The translations under genes and the position numbers were made by a program. Source: Actinomycetota bacterium (GTDB taxonomy: Bacteria; Actinomycetota; Acidimicrobiia; IMCC26256; PALSA-555). Taken from it: a stretch of DNA of 64,000 nucleotides. Positions within the stretch are counted from its first letter, which is position 1. Every line of letters begins with the position of its first letter. Location of the stretch: assembly GCA_003140175.1 (NCBI GenBank), contig PLJD01000015.1, positions 9,963 to 73,962 on the forward strand, given 5' to 3'. Shown in pieces: positions 1 through 9,956 of this stretch. Under the pieces are notes generated by a model. The model ran no database searches and had not been told where the DNA came from. It saw only the letters and a list, made by a program, of their open reading frames with translations.

Positions 1-437
1 TCGTCGGCCAGCCGTCCCGCGTCCTCCGGCGCACATCCACAGCGGGGCAAGCCCACGTTGACGTCGAGCACACACTCGCGCAGCCCCGCCCGGGCGGCGG
101 CCTCGATCGTCGCCTCGGAATCGACCGCGACGGTGACGCGCGCGTCGAGGTGAGCGAGCGCCTCGAGGCGTTGCGGGTCGAGCACCTCGTTGGCGACGAG
201 CAGGTCCTCGCCGAGCCCGGCGGCAGCCATCCCGATCGCCTCTCTCGGCGTGGCGCACGTGAACCCGGCATGGCCATGGGCGCGTTGGCGTCTCGCCACT
301 GCGGTGGTCTTGTGGGCCTTCACGTGGGGGCGACAGCGCGGTCCGGGCAGTGCGGCGGCCATCGCGGCGAGGTTGTGCTCGAGCGCGCCGGCGTCGACGA
401 CCAACGCCGGCGTGCCGAGCTCGGAGAGGGTCGTCAT
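1..437 (-). CDS. PLP-dependent enzyme with alanine-racemase N-terminal fold (D-threonine aldolase / D-serine deaminase-like); 5' part only, gene continues past the left edge
   Basis: Own minus-strand translation from ATG at 437..435: MTTLSELGTPALVVDAGALEHNLAAMAAALPGPRCRPHVKAHKTTAVARRQ... RPHVKAHK resembles the PLP-lysine motif of this fold. Not in the ORF track because no stop lies inside the window. Confidence 0.6.
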   Translation of the reverse strand, partial: MTTLSELGTPALVVDAGALEHNLAAMAAALPGPRCRPHVKAHKTTAVARRQRAHGHAGFTCATPREAIGMAAAGLGEDLLVANEVLDPQRLEALAHLDARVTVAVDSEATIEAAARAGLRECVLDVNVGLPRCGCAPEDAGRLAD

Positions 438-601
438 GGCGCAGGAGCATGACACGCCAACCCTGCGCACGCCCACGGGTCGAGCCGGGCCGACGCCGCC
501 GGGCGCGGTCGCCAGCGCATCCGGGCCGTCCTCCGCTGGGTGTCGCCGGCGCCGGCGCCGCCTACGTTCGGCGGGGGTGCTGTCCCAGCCCCTGTGCCAC
601 C

Positions 602-982
602 ATGCGAGACATGCCGGTGCCTGCGGAGCAGCGACGACCCAGCGAGCGTGATTGGCACACCGACGAGCTGCCCGCGACGCCCCAGCGCGACTTCCTCATC
701 CCGGCCGAGCGCTGGGTCGAGGCCCCCGCCGAGCTGCGCGCCCTCGGATCCGACTTCGGGGTGCCGCTCGTCGCCTACAAGCGGCGCATCGGACGGTGGT
801 TGCTCTGGCGGGCCGGTCCCGCGGTGGGGGCTGACGCCCGGTACGGCGCGCTGGACGCGGCCGATCCGACCCGCACGTACACGTTTCGGTTGCACGCCGA
901 CGGCACCGGCGAAGGCGTCGGCCCCGACGGGCAAAAGCACACCCGGTTCCGGGCGTGGAAGGAATCGCTGCGCGACGCGTAG
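602..982 (+). CDS. hypothetical protein (126 aa)
   Basis: Internal ATG of ORF 350..982. The downstream part (MRDMPVPAEQRRPSERDWHTDELPAT...FRAWKESLRDA) has a balanced composition, unlike the Arg/Pro-rich upstream extension. It fills the gap between two recognisable genes. No family recognised. Confidence 0.35.
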   Translation: MRDMPVPAEQRRPSERDWHTDELPATPQRDFLIPAERWVEAPAELRALGSDFGVPLVAYKRRIGRWLLWRAGPAVGADARYGALDAADPTRTYTFRLHADGTGEGVGPDGQKHTRFRAWKESLRDA

Positions 983-1015
983 CCAGACGCACGGGCTGCC
1001 GCGGGTCGGTGCCGC

Positions 1016-2455
1016 TCAGTGGTCCTCGCGCACCACCTCGCGGGCGTCCTTGTCCCCCCGGATTCCCCGGAACCGAGGCGCGCGCAGCGATCCCGCCGCG
1101 GTCCACTCGTGGAACACGACGTCCACGACCACGTCAGGGTCGACCCAGACCGGGTCCGGCAGCCGAGGCGGGTCGGTGAATGGGGAGGTCGCGCGTCGGC
1201 GGGTCGTGAGCGCCGACTCGAGTTCGGCGCGCGTCGTCTCGTTGACGCCCGAGCCGACCCGGCCGGCGTATCGCAGCGCGCCGCCCGGCTCCTCGTGGTA
1301 GCCGACGAGCAGGGAACCCAGGCGCCCGGCGAGGCGTCCATTGCCGTGGAGCCATCCGCCGACCACGAGCTCTTGTCCGGCGGTGACCTTCACCTTGCGC
1401 CACCCGTCGGATCGTTGACCGGGCCGGTAGGGGCTGTCGGCGCGCTTGGCGACGACGCCCTCGAGCCCCAGCTCCTGTGCGGCGCGCAGCACCGCGGCGC
1501 CGTCGCCGGCGCGCCCCGGTGGGGTCTGCCACCGGGGGCCGGCCAGCGCGAGCCGCTCGAGGAGCGCTCGGCGATCGTGGTAGGCGAGCGCGAGGGTCGA
1601 GTGGCCCTCGAGCCACAGCACGTCGAAGAGCATCACCGCCACCGGGTCGGTGGCGGCGAGCTGGCGGGCCTTGGCCGGCGAGCTGACGTGGATACGGCCC
1701 TGGAGACGCTCGAAGCTCGGACGCCCCGAGGCGTCGAGAGCCACGATCTCGCCGTCGAGCACCGCCTCGGTCGTGCCCATCGCCTCGCCCAGGCCGCGCA
1801 GCTCGGGGAACCGATCGGTGATGTCCGCGCCTCGCCGCGACCTGATCCGGACCCGTCCCCCCTCGACGGAGAGGAGGGCCCGCATCCCGTCCCACTTCAT
1901 CTCGTAAACCCAGCCGTCGTCGTCTCGGGGGAGGGTCCTGGCAACGGCGAGCATCGGGGCCAGGTCGGTGGGCATCGCGGTGCGGGTCGGGTCGTCGGGG
2001 GGACTCATCCGGTGGATCATCCACTGGTTGTCGCGAGTGTGGAACAGGACGTACCGTCCGCGGACGCGCTCGCCGTGGAACGTGACGATCACCTCGTCGT
2101 CGCGCAGCTTCTCGGGCTCGTAGGTACCGGCGTCCCAGATCGACATGGTCCCCGCGCCGTACTGGCCGGCGGGGATCCCGCCGGAGAACTGCAGGTACTC
2201 GAGCGGGTGGTCCTCGGTCCGCACCGCCAGGTGATTGGGTCGGGACCGCATCGGGATCCCCTTCGGTACCGCCCACGACCAGAGCACGCCGTCGTGCTCG
2301 AGGCGGAGGTCCCAGTGGAGGCTTCGGGCGTGGTGCTCCTGGACCACGAAGCGCGGCTCGTCGGTGGGGTCGGCCGCGGCGCCGGCCGGGCCGGGCTCGG
2401 GTGTGCGGTCGAAATCGCGCTTGTCCCGGTAGGGGGCCAGCCGGTCGGGGGGCAT
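1016..2455 (-). CDS. ligD: ATP-dependent DNA ligase LigD, two-domain form (3'-phosphoesterase + ligase; no polymerase domain)
   Basis: C-terminal 479 aa of ORF 1016..3298, starting at MPPDRLAPYRDKRDF. The phosphoesterase-type block is FVVQEHHARSLHWDLRLE. The adenylation motif KxDG is in YEMKWDGMR. The upstream 280 aa of the ORF overlap menE and are Arg/Gly-rich junk. Confidence 0.85.
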   Translation of the reverse strand: MPPDRLAPYRDKRDFDRTPEPGPAGAAADPTDEPRFVVQEHHARSLHWDLRLEHDGVLWSWAVPKGIPMRSRPNHLAVRTEDHPLEYLQFSGGIPAGQYGAGTMSIWDAGTYEPEKLRDDEVIVTFHGERVRGRYVLFHTRDNQWMIHRMSPPDDPTRTAMPTDLAPMLAVARTLPRDDDGWVYEMKWDGMRALLSVEGGRVRIRSRRGADITDRFPELRGLGEAMGTTEAVLDGEIVALDASGRPSFERLQGRIHVSSPAKARQLAATDPVAVMLFDVLWLEGHSTLALAYHDRRALLERLALAGPRWQTPPGRAGDGAAVLRAAQELGLEGVVAKRADSPYRPGQRSDGWRKVKVTAGQELVVGGWLHGNGRLAGRLGSLLVGYHEEPGGALRYAGRVGSGVNETTRAELESALTTRRRATSPFTDPPRLPDPVWVDPDVVVDVVFHEWTAAGSLRAPRFRGIRGDKDAREVVREDH

Positions 2456-2478
2456 CGGATGCCGACCGTACCGCCGCG

Positions 2479-3648
2479 TCAGCGCGGGAGCGTCAGGCGC
2501 GCCCGCTGCGCCTTGCCGCCCGGGGTGCGGGGGATCTCCGCGACGACCACGACCTGGCGGGGCAGCTCGGGGCTGCGCAGCCGCGACCGGGCGAAGTCGC
2601 GCAGCTCGTCGATACTCGGGGCGTCGACGCCCGGGGCGGCGACGACGAAGGCCACGACGCGCTCCCCCCACTCGTCGTCCGGCGCGCCGGCCACACAGAC
2701 GTCGGCGACCGCCGGATGTTCGACCAGCGCCTGCTCGACCGTGGTCGGGCTCACGTTCACGCCGCCGGTGATGACGAGGTCGCGTCGGCGGTCGACCACG
2801 ATCAGCGCACCGTCGTCGGCCCACGCGCCGACGTCTCCCGTCCGCAGCCACCCGTCGTCGAACGCGGCGCGGGTGCCGTCCGGGTCGAGCCGGTAGCCGT
2901 CCATCACCATCGCACCCCGGACCCGAATCTCGTCGCCCGCGCCGAGCTCGAGCTCCGCCCCCGGGATGGGCCATCCGTCGAGCACGAAGCCGCCCCCGGT
3001 CTCGCTCAGCCCGTACGCGTCGACGACCGGCGCGTCGGCGGCGACGGCCCACTCGCGCAGCGCGGCGGGGAGCGGGGCGCCACCCACGACGATCCGCCGG
3101 TACTCGTGGAGGGGGGCGTGCGCGTCGAGGAGGCGCCCGAGCATGGTCGGCACGACCGACACCAGCGTCGCCCCCTCCTGCTCGGGTGCCGCGGCGACCG
3201 CGGCCAGGTCGAAGCCCTCGTGCACGACGACGCCCTGCCCCCCGACGCGCGCCCGGGCCAGGATGGCGAGCCCCGCCACGTGGTGGAGGGGCAGACACAC
3301 CAGCCAGCGATCGTCGCGCGTGAGCCCCAACGCCTCGTTGCAGCCCCGTCCGACCGCGGCGAGCCCGCCCTCGGTCAGCTCCACCGCCTTCGGGCCGCCC
3401 GTCGTGCCCGAGGTGAGCACGACCGAGCGGGTGTCGTCCGCCGCGGGAACACCGTCGGGCCAGGCCCGCCGACCGTCACCGTCGAGCAGGTGGGTCGGGC
3501 GCAGGCGGGCCAGCGCGGCGTCTCGCACCGGGGCGGGGGCGGTGGGGTCGAGCACCGCGACCGCGTGGCCCTCGTCCCAGGCCGCCACCACGGCCGCGGC
3601 GGCATCCGGGCGGGCGAGCGTGACGGCGACGAGCGGGGTCGGGCTCAC
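2479..3648 (-). CDS. menE: o-succinylbenzoate-CoA ligase
   Basis: Adenylate-forming motifs [26 protein letters not shown] and PRTPGGK. Short (389 aa) actinobacterial MenE-type length. Lies inside the men cluster. Confidence 0.85.
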   Translation of the reverse strand: MSPTPLVAVTLARPDAAAAVVAAWDEGHAVAVLDPTAPAPVRDAALARLRPTHLLDGDGRRAWPDGVPAADDTRSVVLTSGTTGGPKAVELTEGGLAAVGRGCNEALGLTRDDRWLVCLPLHHVAGLAILARARVGGQGVVVHEGFDLAAVAAAPEQEGATLVSVVPTMLGRLLDAHAPLHEYRRIVVGGAPLPAALREWAVAADAPVVDAYGLSETGGGFVLDGWPIPGAELELGAGDEIRVRGAMVMDGYRLDPDGTRAAFDDGWLRTGDVGAWADDGALIVVDRRRDLVITGGVNVSPTTVEQALVEHPAVADVCVAGAPDDEWGERVVAFVVAAPGVDAPSIDELRDFARSRLRSPELPRQVVVVAEIPRTPGGKAQRARLTLPR

Positions 3649-3740
3649 GACACGATTTGGAGCCGTGCCGACGGCCCCCGTACCGTGGGAGCGAACACTC
3701 CCAGAGTCTAGGCGCCCCCGGGGGGCGATCGGAGGGCCTG

Positions 3741-4592
3741 TTGAGCGCCACCATCCGAGTGGGAGCCGAGTGGAAGCCCGGCGACGTCGAGTACGGCGAC
3801 ATCCGATACGAGACCGCCGACCTCCCGGGGGGTGCGGTCGCCAAGCTCACGATCGCCCGCCCGGAGGTCCGCAACGCCTTTCGCCCCCGCACCCTCTCGG
3901 AGCTCCAGGACGCGTTCGAGCGGGCACGGAACGACCCCCAGGTCGGCGTCGTGATCCTGACTGGTGAGGGTCCCGAGGCGTTCTGCTCGGGCGGGGACCA
4001 GCGGATCCGCGGCGACGACGGGTACATCGGCGACGACGGCGTCGGCCGATTGAACGTTCTCGACCTGCAGATCCAGATCCGTCGACTGCCCAAGCCGGTC
4101 GTCGCCATGGTCGCCGGCTACGCGATCGGCGGCGGGCACGTCCTGCACGTGGTGTGCGACCTGACCGTCGCGGCCGACAACGCCCGCTTCGGTCAGACCG
4201 GGCCCCGGGTCGGCTCCTTCGACGGCGGCTACGGGTCGGGTCTGCTCGCCCGCTCGGTTGGTCAGAAGAAAGCGCGCGAGATCTGGTTCCTGTGCGAGCA
4301 GTACGACGCGGTCGAAGCCGAGCGCCTCGGCTTGGTGAACGTCGTTGTTCCCCTCGAGGACCTCGAGGTGACGACCCTGGCCTGGTGCGAGCGGATGCTC
4401 GGCCACAGCCCACTCGCGCTGCGGATGCTGAAGGCGTCGCTGAACGCGGCCGACGACGGGCTCGCGGGGATCCAGCAGCTGGCCGGCGATGCGACGCTCC
4501 TCTACTACCTGAGCGAGGAGGCCCAGGAGGGCAAGCAGGCGTTCCTCGAACATCGCCGGCCCGGCTTCGACCGCTTCCCGCGCCGACCGTGA
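3741..4592 (+). CDS. menB: 1,4-dihydroxy-2-naphthoyl-CoA synthase
   Basis: Crotonase fold with MenB-like blocks [26 protein letters not shown] and [12 protein letters not shown]. The start is uncertain: the ORF opens at TTG 3657. I prefer TTG 3741 (GGAGG 5 nt upstream) or GTG 3759. Confidence 0.88.
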   Translation: MSATIRVGAEWKPGDVEYGDIRYETADLPGGAVAKLTIARPEVRNAFRPRTLSELQDAFERARNDPQVGVVILTGEGPEAFCSGGDQRIRGDDGYIGDDGVGRLNVLDLQIQIRRLPKPVVAMVAGYAIGGGHVLHVVCDLTVAADNARFGQTGPRVGSFDGGYGSGLLARSVGQKKAREIWFLCEQYDAVEAERLGLVNVVVPLEDLEVTTLAWCERMLGHSPLALRMLKASLNAADDGLAGIQQLAGDATLLYYLSEEAQEGKQAFLEHRRPGFDRFPRRP

Positions 4593-5482
4593 CTGTGGAT
4601 ACCGAGGCCCCGGGCGGCGCCCGGCTGTGGCTCACCGGCGCCCGGCCTCGCACGCTGGGCGCCGCGGTCGCCCCCGTGCTGGTCGGCACCGCGGCCGGGT
4701 CGAGCGCGGCGGGTCAGCTCCTCGTGGTCCGGGGGGTGCTGGCCCTCGCGGTCGCGGTCGCGCTGCAAGTCGGGGTCAACTACGCCAACGACTACTCCGA
4801 CGGTGTGCGGGGTGCCGACGCCGAGCGGGTCGGGCCGCTGCGGCTCACCGCCAGCGGACTGGTGCCGCCCGCCGCGGTGCGCCGCGCCGCGCTGGGCGCC
4901 TTCGCGGTGGCCGCCGTCGTCGGTCTCGCCCTGTCGCTGCTCGTCGAACCGTGGCTGATCCTGGTCGGCGCGGCCGCGATCGCGGCGGCGGCGCTCTACA
5001 CCGGCGGCCCTCGCCCCTACGGCTACCTCGGGCTCGGCGAGGCGATGGTGCTCGTGTTCTTCGGGTTCGTCGCCACCGCCGGCTCCGCGTACGTGCAGCT
5101 GGGCCGGGTCCCGGCCGCCGCGTGGTGGGGCTCGGCCGCGGTGGGCCTGCTCGCGGCGGCGGTCCTGGCGACCAACAACATCCGCGACCGGGTCGGCGAC
5201 GCGCGGGCCGGGAAACGCACCCTCGCTGTCCGCCTCGGCGAGCGGGGAGGTCGGCTCCTCTATGTCGTCTGCGTGGTCGGCGCCTTCGCCGCGGTCGTGG
5301 CTCTCGGGACGCTGCACCCGTGGGCGCTGCTCGGTCTCGTCGCGCTCCCCCTCGCGGTGCCGCCGGTCCGCCTCGTGCTGCGCGGCGCCTCGGGTCCGGC
5401 GCTGATCCCGGCGCTGGTCGCCACGGTGCGCCTCGAACTCGTCGCCGCGGCCCTCATCGCCCTCGGCCTGTGGATCTCGTGA
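4589..5482 (+). CDS. menA: 1,4-dihydroxy-2-naphthoate polyprenyltransferase
   Basis: UbiA-fold membrane protein with motif [14 protein letters not shown] and multiple hydrophobic helices. GTG 4589 overlaps the menB stop (GTGA). The upstream part of ORF 4154..5482 lies inside menB. Confidence 0.88.
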   Translation: MTVDTEAPGGARLWLTGARPRTLGAAVAPVLVGTAAGSSAAGQLLVVRGVLALAVAVALQVGVNYANDYSDGVRGADAERVGPLRLTASGLVPPAAVRRAALGAFAVAAVVGLALSLLVEPWLILVGAAAIAAAALYTGGPRPYGYLGLGEAMVLVFFGFVATAGSAYVQLGRVPAAAWWGSAAVGLLAAAVLATNNIRDRVGDARAGKRTLAVRLGERGGRLLYVVCVVGAFAAVVALGTLHPWALLGLVALPLAVPPVRLVLRGASGPALIPALVATVRLELVAAALIALGLWIS

Positions 5483-6345
5483 CCGGGGTGCGCGAGCACC
5501 GCCTCCGGATCGGCGACCGGACCGTCTGGCTGCTCGAGGGCCCGGCCGGGTGGGGTGAGTGCTCGCCGCTGCCCGGCTATCCGTGCGACCCGGCGGCGGC
5601 GTGGCGCGCCGCCGAGGAGGCGGCGACCCAGGGCTGGCCGGCGCCGCTCCGGGCCGCGGTCCCGGTGAACGCGCTCGTGACGCGGGCGCCGGTCGCCCCC
5701 GCTGCGCTGGCTGGCTACCCGGCGGTGAAGGTCAAGGTCGGCGGTCCCGGCGACGTCGAGCTGGTCGCCGCGGTGCGCGACGCGGTCGGTCCCCGAGTCG
5801 CGCTGCGGGTCGACGCCAACGGCGCCTGGGACCTCGACACCGCCGTCGAGGCGATCGGGCGTCTGGCCCGGTTCGACCTCGAGCTGGTCGAGCAGCCTGT
5901 CTCGTCCCTCGACGACCTGGCCCGCCTCCGGCGACGCGTCGACGTTCCCCTCGCCGCGGACGAGTGTGTGCGCAGCCCCGACGACGCCCGCCGCCTCCGC
6001 ACGCTCGGCGCGGCCGACGTGCTGGTGCTGAAGGTGCAGCCGGTGGGTGGGGTCCGGGCGGCCCTCGTGCTCGCCGACCTGGCCGGCGTCCCCGCGTTGG
6101 CGAGCTCGATGTACGAGACGTCGGTCGGGGTCGCCGCCGGCCTCGCCCTCGCCGCCGCGCTCCCGGAGCTGCCCTACGCGTGCGGGCTCGCCCCGGGGGC
6201 CGGGCGGGCCGCCCACGACGTGACCCGCGAGCCCCTCACGCCGACGGCTGGGATGCTCGCCGTCCGGCCCGTCACCCCCGATCCCGAGCTGCTGAGCCGC
6301 TACTCGGTCAGCCCCGCCGTGTCGATCCATGAGGCCAGGTCGTGA
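5479..6345 (+). CDS. menC: o-succinylbenzoate synthase (enolase superfamily)
   Basis: Blocks KVKVGG, LRVDANGAWD, LELVEQP and PLAADE, typical of MenC/MLE-type enolases. GTG 5479 overlaps the menA stop (GTGA). Confidence 0.82.
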   Translation: MTGVREHRLRIGDRTVWLLEGPAGWGECSPLPGYPCDPAAAWRAAEEAATQGWPAPLRAAVPVNALVTRAPVAPAALAGYPAVKVKVGGPGDVELVAAVRDAVGPRVALRVDANGAWDLDTAVEAIGRLARFDLELVEQPVSSLDDLARLRRRVDVPLAADECVRSPDDARRLRTLGAADVLVLKVQPVGGVRAALVLADLAGVPALASSMYETSVGVAAGLALAAALPELPYACGLAPGAGRAAHDVTREPLTPTAGMLAVRPVTPDPELLSRYSVSPAVSIHEARS

Positions 6346-7010
6346 GCGAGCGCGGCGGGCTGCTCCAGGTGGAGCGCGTGCCCGGCCCGGTCCACGATCC
6401 GCACCTCCGCGTTCGAGCCGATGGCCGACGCCATGCGACGGGCCGTGTCCGAGTAGGCCCGGTCGTAGCCTCCCGCCACCACCAGCACCGGCATGCTCAG
6501 CTCACCGAGCCGGTCCCACAGCGGCTCTTGGGCGCCCTGCCCGAGCTCCCGCAGCTGGTGGGCGAGGCGAAGCACCGTGTTGCCCCGCCGTCGGTCGTCG
6601 AGCATGGCGGCGTCCCGGGGCAGCGTTTCGAACAGCCGCTGGTCCAGCCACCGCTCGAGGAACACGTCCATGCCGTCGCGCTCGAGCTCTTGGGCCTGTC
6701 GCTCATCCGCCGCCTGGCGGGCTTCGCGGTCACCGGCACTGCGACTCCCCGCGGTCCCGCTCACCAGCGCCAACCCGTCGACGAACCGCGGGTTGTCGAG
6801 CGCCAGGCGCAAGGCCAGGCGGGCCCCCATCGAGTAGCCGACCCAGACCCCTCGACCACCCCGGTGGCCAAGCGCATCGGCGGTCCCGGTGAAGTCGAGG
6901 CCGTCGGGGACCTCGATGGCCTGCACGTCCCAGTCGGTGGGCAGCGCCCGCTCCACCGCCCGCCACGACACCGCCGTGTTGGTGAACCCCGGGACGAGAC
7001 GCAGCCGCAC
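6300..7010 (-). CDS. menH: 2-succinyl-6-hydroxy-2,4-cyclohexadiene-1-carboxylate synthase (alpha/beta hydrolase)
   Basis: Nucleophile elbow GYSMGA and C-terminal DRAGHALHLEQP. Position between menC and menD. The ORF opens at ATG 7049, but that would overlap the divergent menD start, so I prefer GTG 7010. The 3' end overlaps the menC 3' end by 46 nt. Confidence 0.7.
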   Translation of the reverse strand: MRLRLVPGFTNTAVSWRAVERALPTDWDVQAIEVPDGLDFTGTADALGHRGGRGVWVGYSMGARLALRLALDNPRFVDGLALVSGTAGSRSAGDREARQAADERQAQELERDGMDVFLERWLDQRLFETLPRDAAMLDDRRRGNTVLRLAHQLRELGQGAQEPLWDRLGELSMPVLVVAGGYDRAYSDTARRMASAIGSNAEVRIVDRAGHALHLEQPAALAHDLASWIDTAGLTE

Positions 7011-7024
7011 CGATCGATCCTCGC

Positions 7025-8749
7025 ATGACTCGCGACGCCAACGCCGCATTGGCCCGCACCCTCGTCGACGAATGGGCCCGGGCCGGCGTCACCGACGCGT
7101 GCGTGACCCCCGGGTCTCGCAATGCGCCGCTCGCGCTGGCCCTCGTGAACGACCCGCGGCTCCGGGTGCACCCCCACCTCGACGAGCGCTCGGCAGCGTT
7201 CTTCGCCCTCGGCTGCGCGCGAGCGTCGGGGCGGCCCGCCGTCGTGTGCTGCACCTCCGGGACGGCGGCCGCGCACCTGCACCCGGCGGTGCTCGAGGCG
7301 AGCCACGGGCGGGTCCCGCTGCTGGTGTGCACCGCCGATCGGCCCCCCGAACTGCGCGACACCGGCGCCGGCCAGACCATCGACCAAGTCGGCCTCTACG
7401 GCGGGGCGCTGCGGTGGTTCGTCGACGTCGAGGCGCCCGCCGATCGCCCCGGCGTCGGCACCTGGTGGCGGTCCCTCGGGGCGCGGGCGATCGCCAGCGC
7501 GACCGGCCCCCCCGCCGGCCCGGTCCACCTCAACCTGGCGTTTCGCGAGCCGCTCGCCCCGACCGGCGCGCCGCTCGTGGACGCGCCGGGCCGCCCCGAC
7601 GGTCGTCCCTGGACCCGCGTCTCGCCACCCCGGCGGGTCCTCGACGACGACACCCTCGACGAGCTCGCGGCGATCGTTTCGGCCACCCCCCGGGGCCTCG
7701 TCGTCGCCGGGTGGGGCGCGGACGCGCCACTCGGCACGCTCGAGCGGTTCGCGACCGGGGCGGGGTGGCCGGTGCTCGCCGATCCGCTCTCCGGACTGCG
7801 GCACGGGGCGCGGGCCATCGGCGCCTACGACCCGCTCCTGCGCGTCGCGGGCTTCGCGGCCGGCCACCAGCCCGATCTCGTCCTGCGGCTCGGGGCGCCG
7901 CCAACCGGCGCCGTGACCACACAATGGCTGGCCGGACTCGGCGATCAATGGCTCGTGGACCCCGACGGATGCTGGCTCGATCCCGCGCACGCCGTCTCCC
8001 GCCGCCTGGCGGTCGACGCCGGTCCCCTCCTCGACTCGCTCACCGACCGGCTGAGCGTCACCGAGCGCGCGTCGCCGTGGCGCGCCGCGTGGGAGGACGC
8101 CGACCGGCGGGCACGGCGCGCCATCGACGACCAGCTGGCCGACGCCGAAGAGCCATTCGAGGGCCGCGTCGCTCGGGACGTCGTCGCCACCCTCCCCGAC
8201 GGCTCGACGCTCGTCGTCGCGTCGAGCATGCCGGTCCGGGACATCGAGTCGTTCGCCGAGCCTCGCCCGGGCGTCCGGTTCGTCGCGAACCGCGGGGTCA
8301 ACGGCATCGACGGGCTCGTCTCGACGGTGCTCGGCGTGGCCGCCGCGTCCGGCGTGCCCACCGTGGCGCTCACCGGTGACCTGTCGTTCCTGCACGATGC
8401 CAACGGCTTGTTGGGCGTCACCCGGCGCGACCTCGACGCGGTGTTCGTGGTGGTCGACAACGACGGGGGCGGGATCTTCTCGTTCCTGCCGTACGCCGAG
8501 ACGGTCGACCCTGGACCCTTCGAGACGGTGTTCGCCACCCCGCCGGGCGTCGACCTCGCCGAGCTGGCCGCCGCGCACGGCGTGCCGGTCGCCGACGTGG
8601 AGAAAGCCTCCGCGCTGGCGCCGGTCCTCACCCGGGCCCTCGACGCCGGCGGCGTACGGGTCGTGCGGGTACGCACCGACCGGGCCGCCAACGTCGCCCG
8701 CCACCATGAGGTGTGGGCGGCGGTCGCCGCCGCGCTCGCCGCCGCCTGA
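7025..8749 (+). CDS. menD: 2-succinyl-5-enolpyruvyl-6-hydroxy-3-cyclohexene-1-carboxylate (SEPHCHC) synthase
   Basis: ThDP-enzyme blocks TPGSRNAPLALA and TGDLSFLHDANGL. 574 aa. Lies in the men cluster. Confidence 0.9.
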   Translation: MTRDANAALARTLVDEWARAGVTDACVTPGSRNAPLALALVNDPRLRVHPHLDERSAAFFALGCARASGRPAVVCCTSGTAAAHLHPAVLEASHGRVPLLVCTADRPPELRDTGAGQTIDQVGLYGGALRWFVDVEAPADRPGVGTWWRSLGARAIASATGPPAGPVHLNLAFREPLAPTGAPLVDAPGRPDGRPWTRVSPPRRVLDDDTLDELAAIVSATPRGLVVAGWGADAPLGTLERFATGAGWPVLADPLSGLRHGARAIGAYDPLLRVAGFAAGHQPDLVLRLGAPPTGAVTTQWLAGLGDQWLVDPDGCWLDPAHAVSRRLAVDAGPLLDSLTDRLSVTERASPWRAAWEDADRRARRAIDDQLADAEEPFEGRVARDVVATLPDGSTLVVASSMPVRDIESFAEPRPGVRFVANRGVNGIDGLVSTVLGVAAASGVPTVALTGDLSFLHDANGLLGVTRRDLDAVFVVVDNDGGGIFSFLPYAETVDPGPFETVFATPPGVDLAELAAAHGVPVADVEKASALAPVLTRALDAGGVRVVRVRTDRAANVARHHEVWAAVAAALAAA

Positions 8750-8771
8750 CCACGGTGGCGCCGGGGGTGCG

Positions 8772-9956
8772 TTACGGGCAGACCAGCGTGTGGAGCATCG
8801 GCTCGAGCTTGGCTTGGGTCTCCGCCCACTCGGCGTCGGGCTCGGAGCCGGCCACGATCCCGGCGCCGGCCCACAGCACGGCGCGCCGACCCTCGAGCTC
8901 GGCGCCGCGCAACGCGACCGCCCACTCGCCGTCGCCTCGCCCGTCGACCCATCCGACCGGGGCGGCGTACCGCCCGCGGTCCTCGAGCTCGAGGTCGGCG
9001 ATGACGTCCAGCGCCGCGGCACACGGGGACCCGGCAACGGCGGCCGTCGGGTGCAACTGCCGGGCGAGGCTCAGGGCGGACAGCGCCGGTTCGCGCAGCG
9101 ACCCGCGCACGAGCGTGGCCAGGTGCACCACCGACGAGAATGAAACCGCCGAGGGTTCGTCCGGGACGGCCAGCTCGACGCACGCCGGAGCCAGCGCGTC
9201 GACGACGCCGTCGACGACGAGGCGATGCTCGTGGATGTCCTTCGTCGAGCCTCGCAGCGCCGCGCTGGCCCCGTTGCCGGCTCGGACGGTCCCGGCCAGC
9301 GGCCGCGACTCGACCCCGGTCCCGACCCGCCGGACCAGCAGCTCGGGGCTTGCGCCGATGAGGCCGTCGACGGAGTGCACGAAGCAGCCGGGCTGACGTT
9401 CCCGCAGGCGGGCCAACACGCCCGACACCGCGAAGTCCACGTCGGCCTCGATGTGCACGGCGCGGGCGAGGACGACCTTGTCGAGCTCGCCGCGCTCGAT
9501 GGCGTGCAGCGCCGCGCCGACCATCGTCTGCCAGCGGCGCCGGTCGGTGCGCGAGTCGACCTGCCAGCGGGTCGGCTCCTCGGCCGCGACCGGCACCCGC
9601 AGCCGAGCCGGTTCGTCGCCGATCTCGGTGACCCAGCCACGACCGGCGGCGTCGCGGCCCACCACGACGCGGGGGATGACCAGCGAGCTGGCTCGCCGGC
9701 CGTCGAACGCCAGCGCCCCCACCGCGAGCGGGCCCGTCCCCGGCCACACCAGCGGATCGTCGACGTCCACGCCCGCCAGCGCCACCTCGACCTCGTCGAC
9801 GTCGACCCGGGCCGCGACGCCGCTCGTGACGAAACCGGCGTGGTCGTGCAGCCAGGCGAACCCGTCGGGTGCCCGCGCCTCGAGGAGGTCGGCGGGCGGA
9901 TCGAAGGGTCGCGTCACCGCGCGAAGCGTCGGAAACGGAGTCGCGACCGACGTCAT
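8772..9956 (-). CDS. menF: isochorismate synthase
   Basis: Chorismate-binding blocks LHPTAAVAGSP, DRGRYAAPVGW and GAGIVAGSEPDAEW. The start MTSVATPF (ATG 9956) overlaps the menG stop by 4 nt. The rest of ORF 8772..10442 lies inside menG. Confidence 0.85.
   Translation of the reverse strand: MTSVATPFPTLRAVTRPFDPPADLLEARAPDGFAWLHDHAGFVTSGVAARVDVDEVEVALAGVDVDDPLVWPGTGPLAVGALAFDGRRASSLVIPRVVVGRDAAGRGWVTEIGDEPARLRVPVAAEEPTRWQVDSRTDRRRWQTMVGAALHAIERGELDKVVLARAVHIEADVDFAVSGVLARLRERQPGCFVHSVDGLIGASPELLVRRVGTGVESRPLAGTVRAGNGASAALRGSTKDIHEHRLVVDGVVDALAPACVELAVPDEPSAVSFSSVVHLATLVRGSLREPALSALSLARQLHPTAAVAGSPCAAALDVIADLELEDRGRYAAPVGWVDGRGDGEWAVALRGAELEGRRAVLWAGAGIVAGSEPDAEWAETQAKLEPMLHTLVCP

Noticed and set aside
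2456-3298. N-terminal 280-aa extension of the 760-aa ORF containing ligD
   Set aside because: The extension is Arg/Gly/Pro-rich ([20 protein letters not shown]…) and lies entirely antisense/off-frame over the well-supported menE gene. The LigD homology starts at MPPDRLAPYRDKRDF (ATG 2455).
4154-5478. Upstream extensions of the menA ORF (from 4154) and the menC ORF (from 4627)
   Set aside because: The extensions lie inside menB and menA respectively and are Arg/Pro-rich. GTG starts at 4589 and 5479 give proteins of normal length and 4-nt overlaps with the preceding stop.
6761-9747. Long minus-strand ORFs 6761..9037 (758 aa) and 7945..9747 (600 aa)
   Set aside because: They are antisense or off-frame to menD and menF, which have clear family motifs. 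Their translations are dominated by R, G, P and A, as expected for non-coding frames in high-GC DNA.
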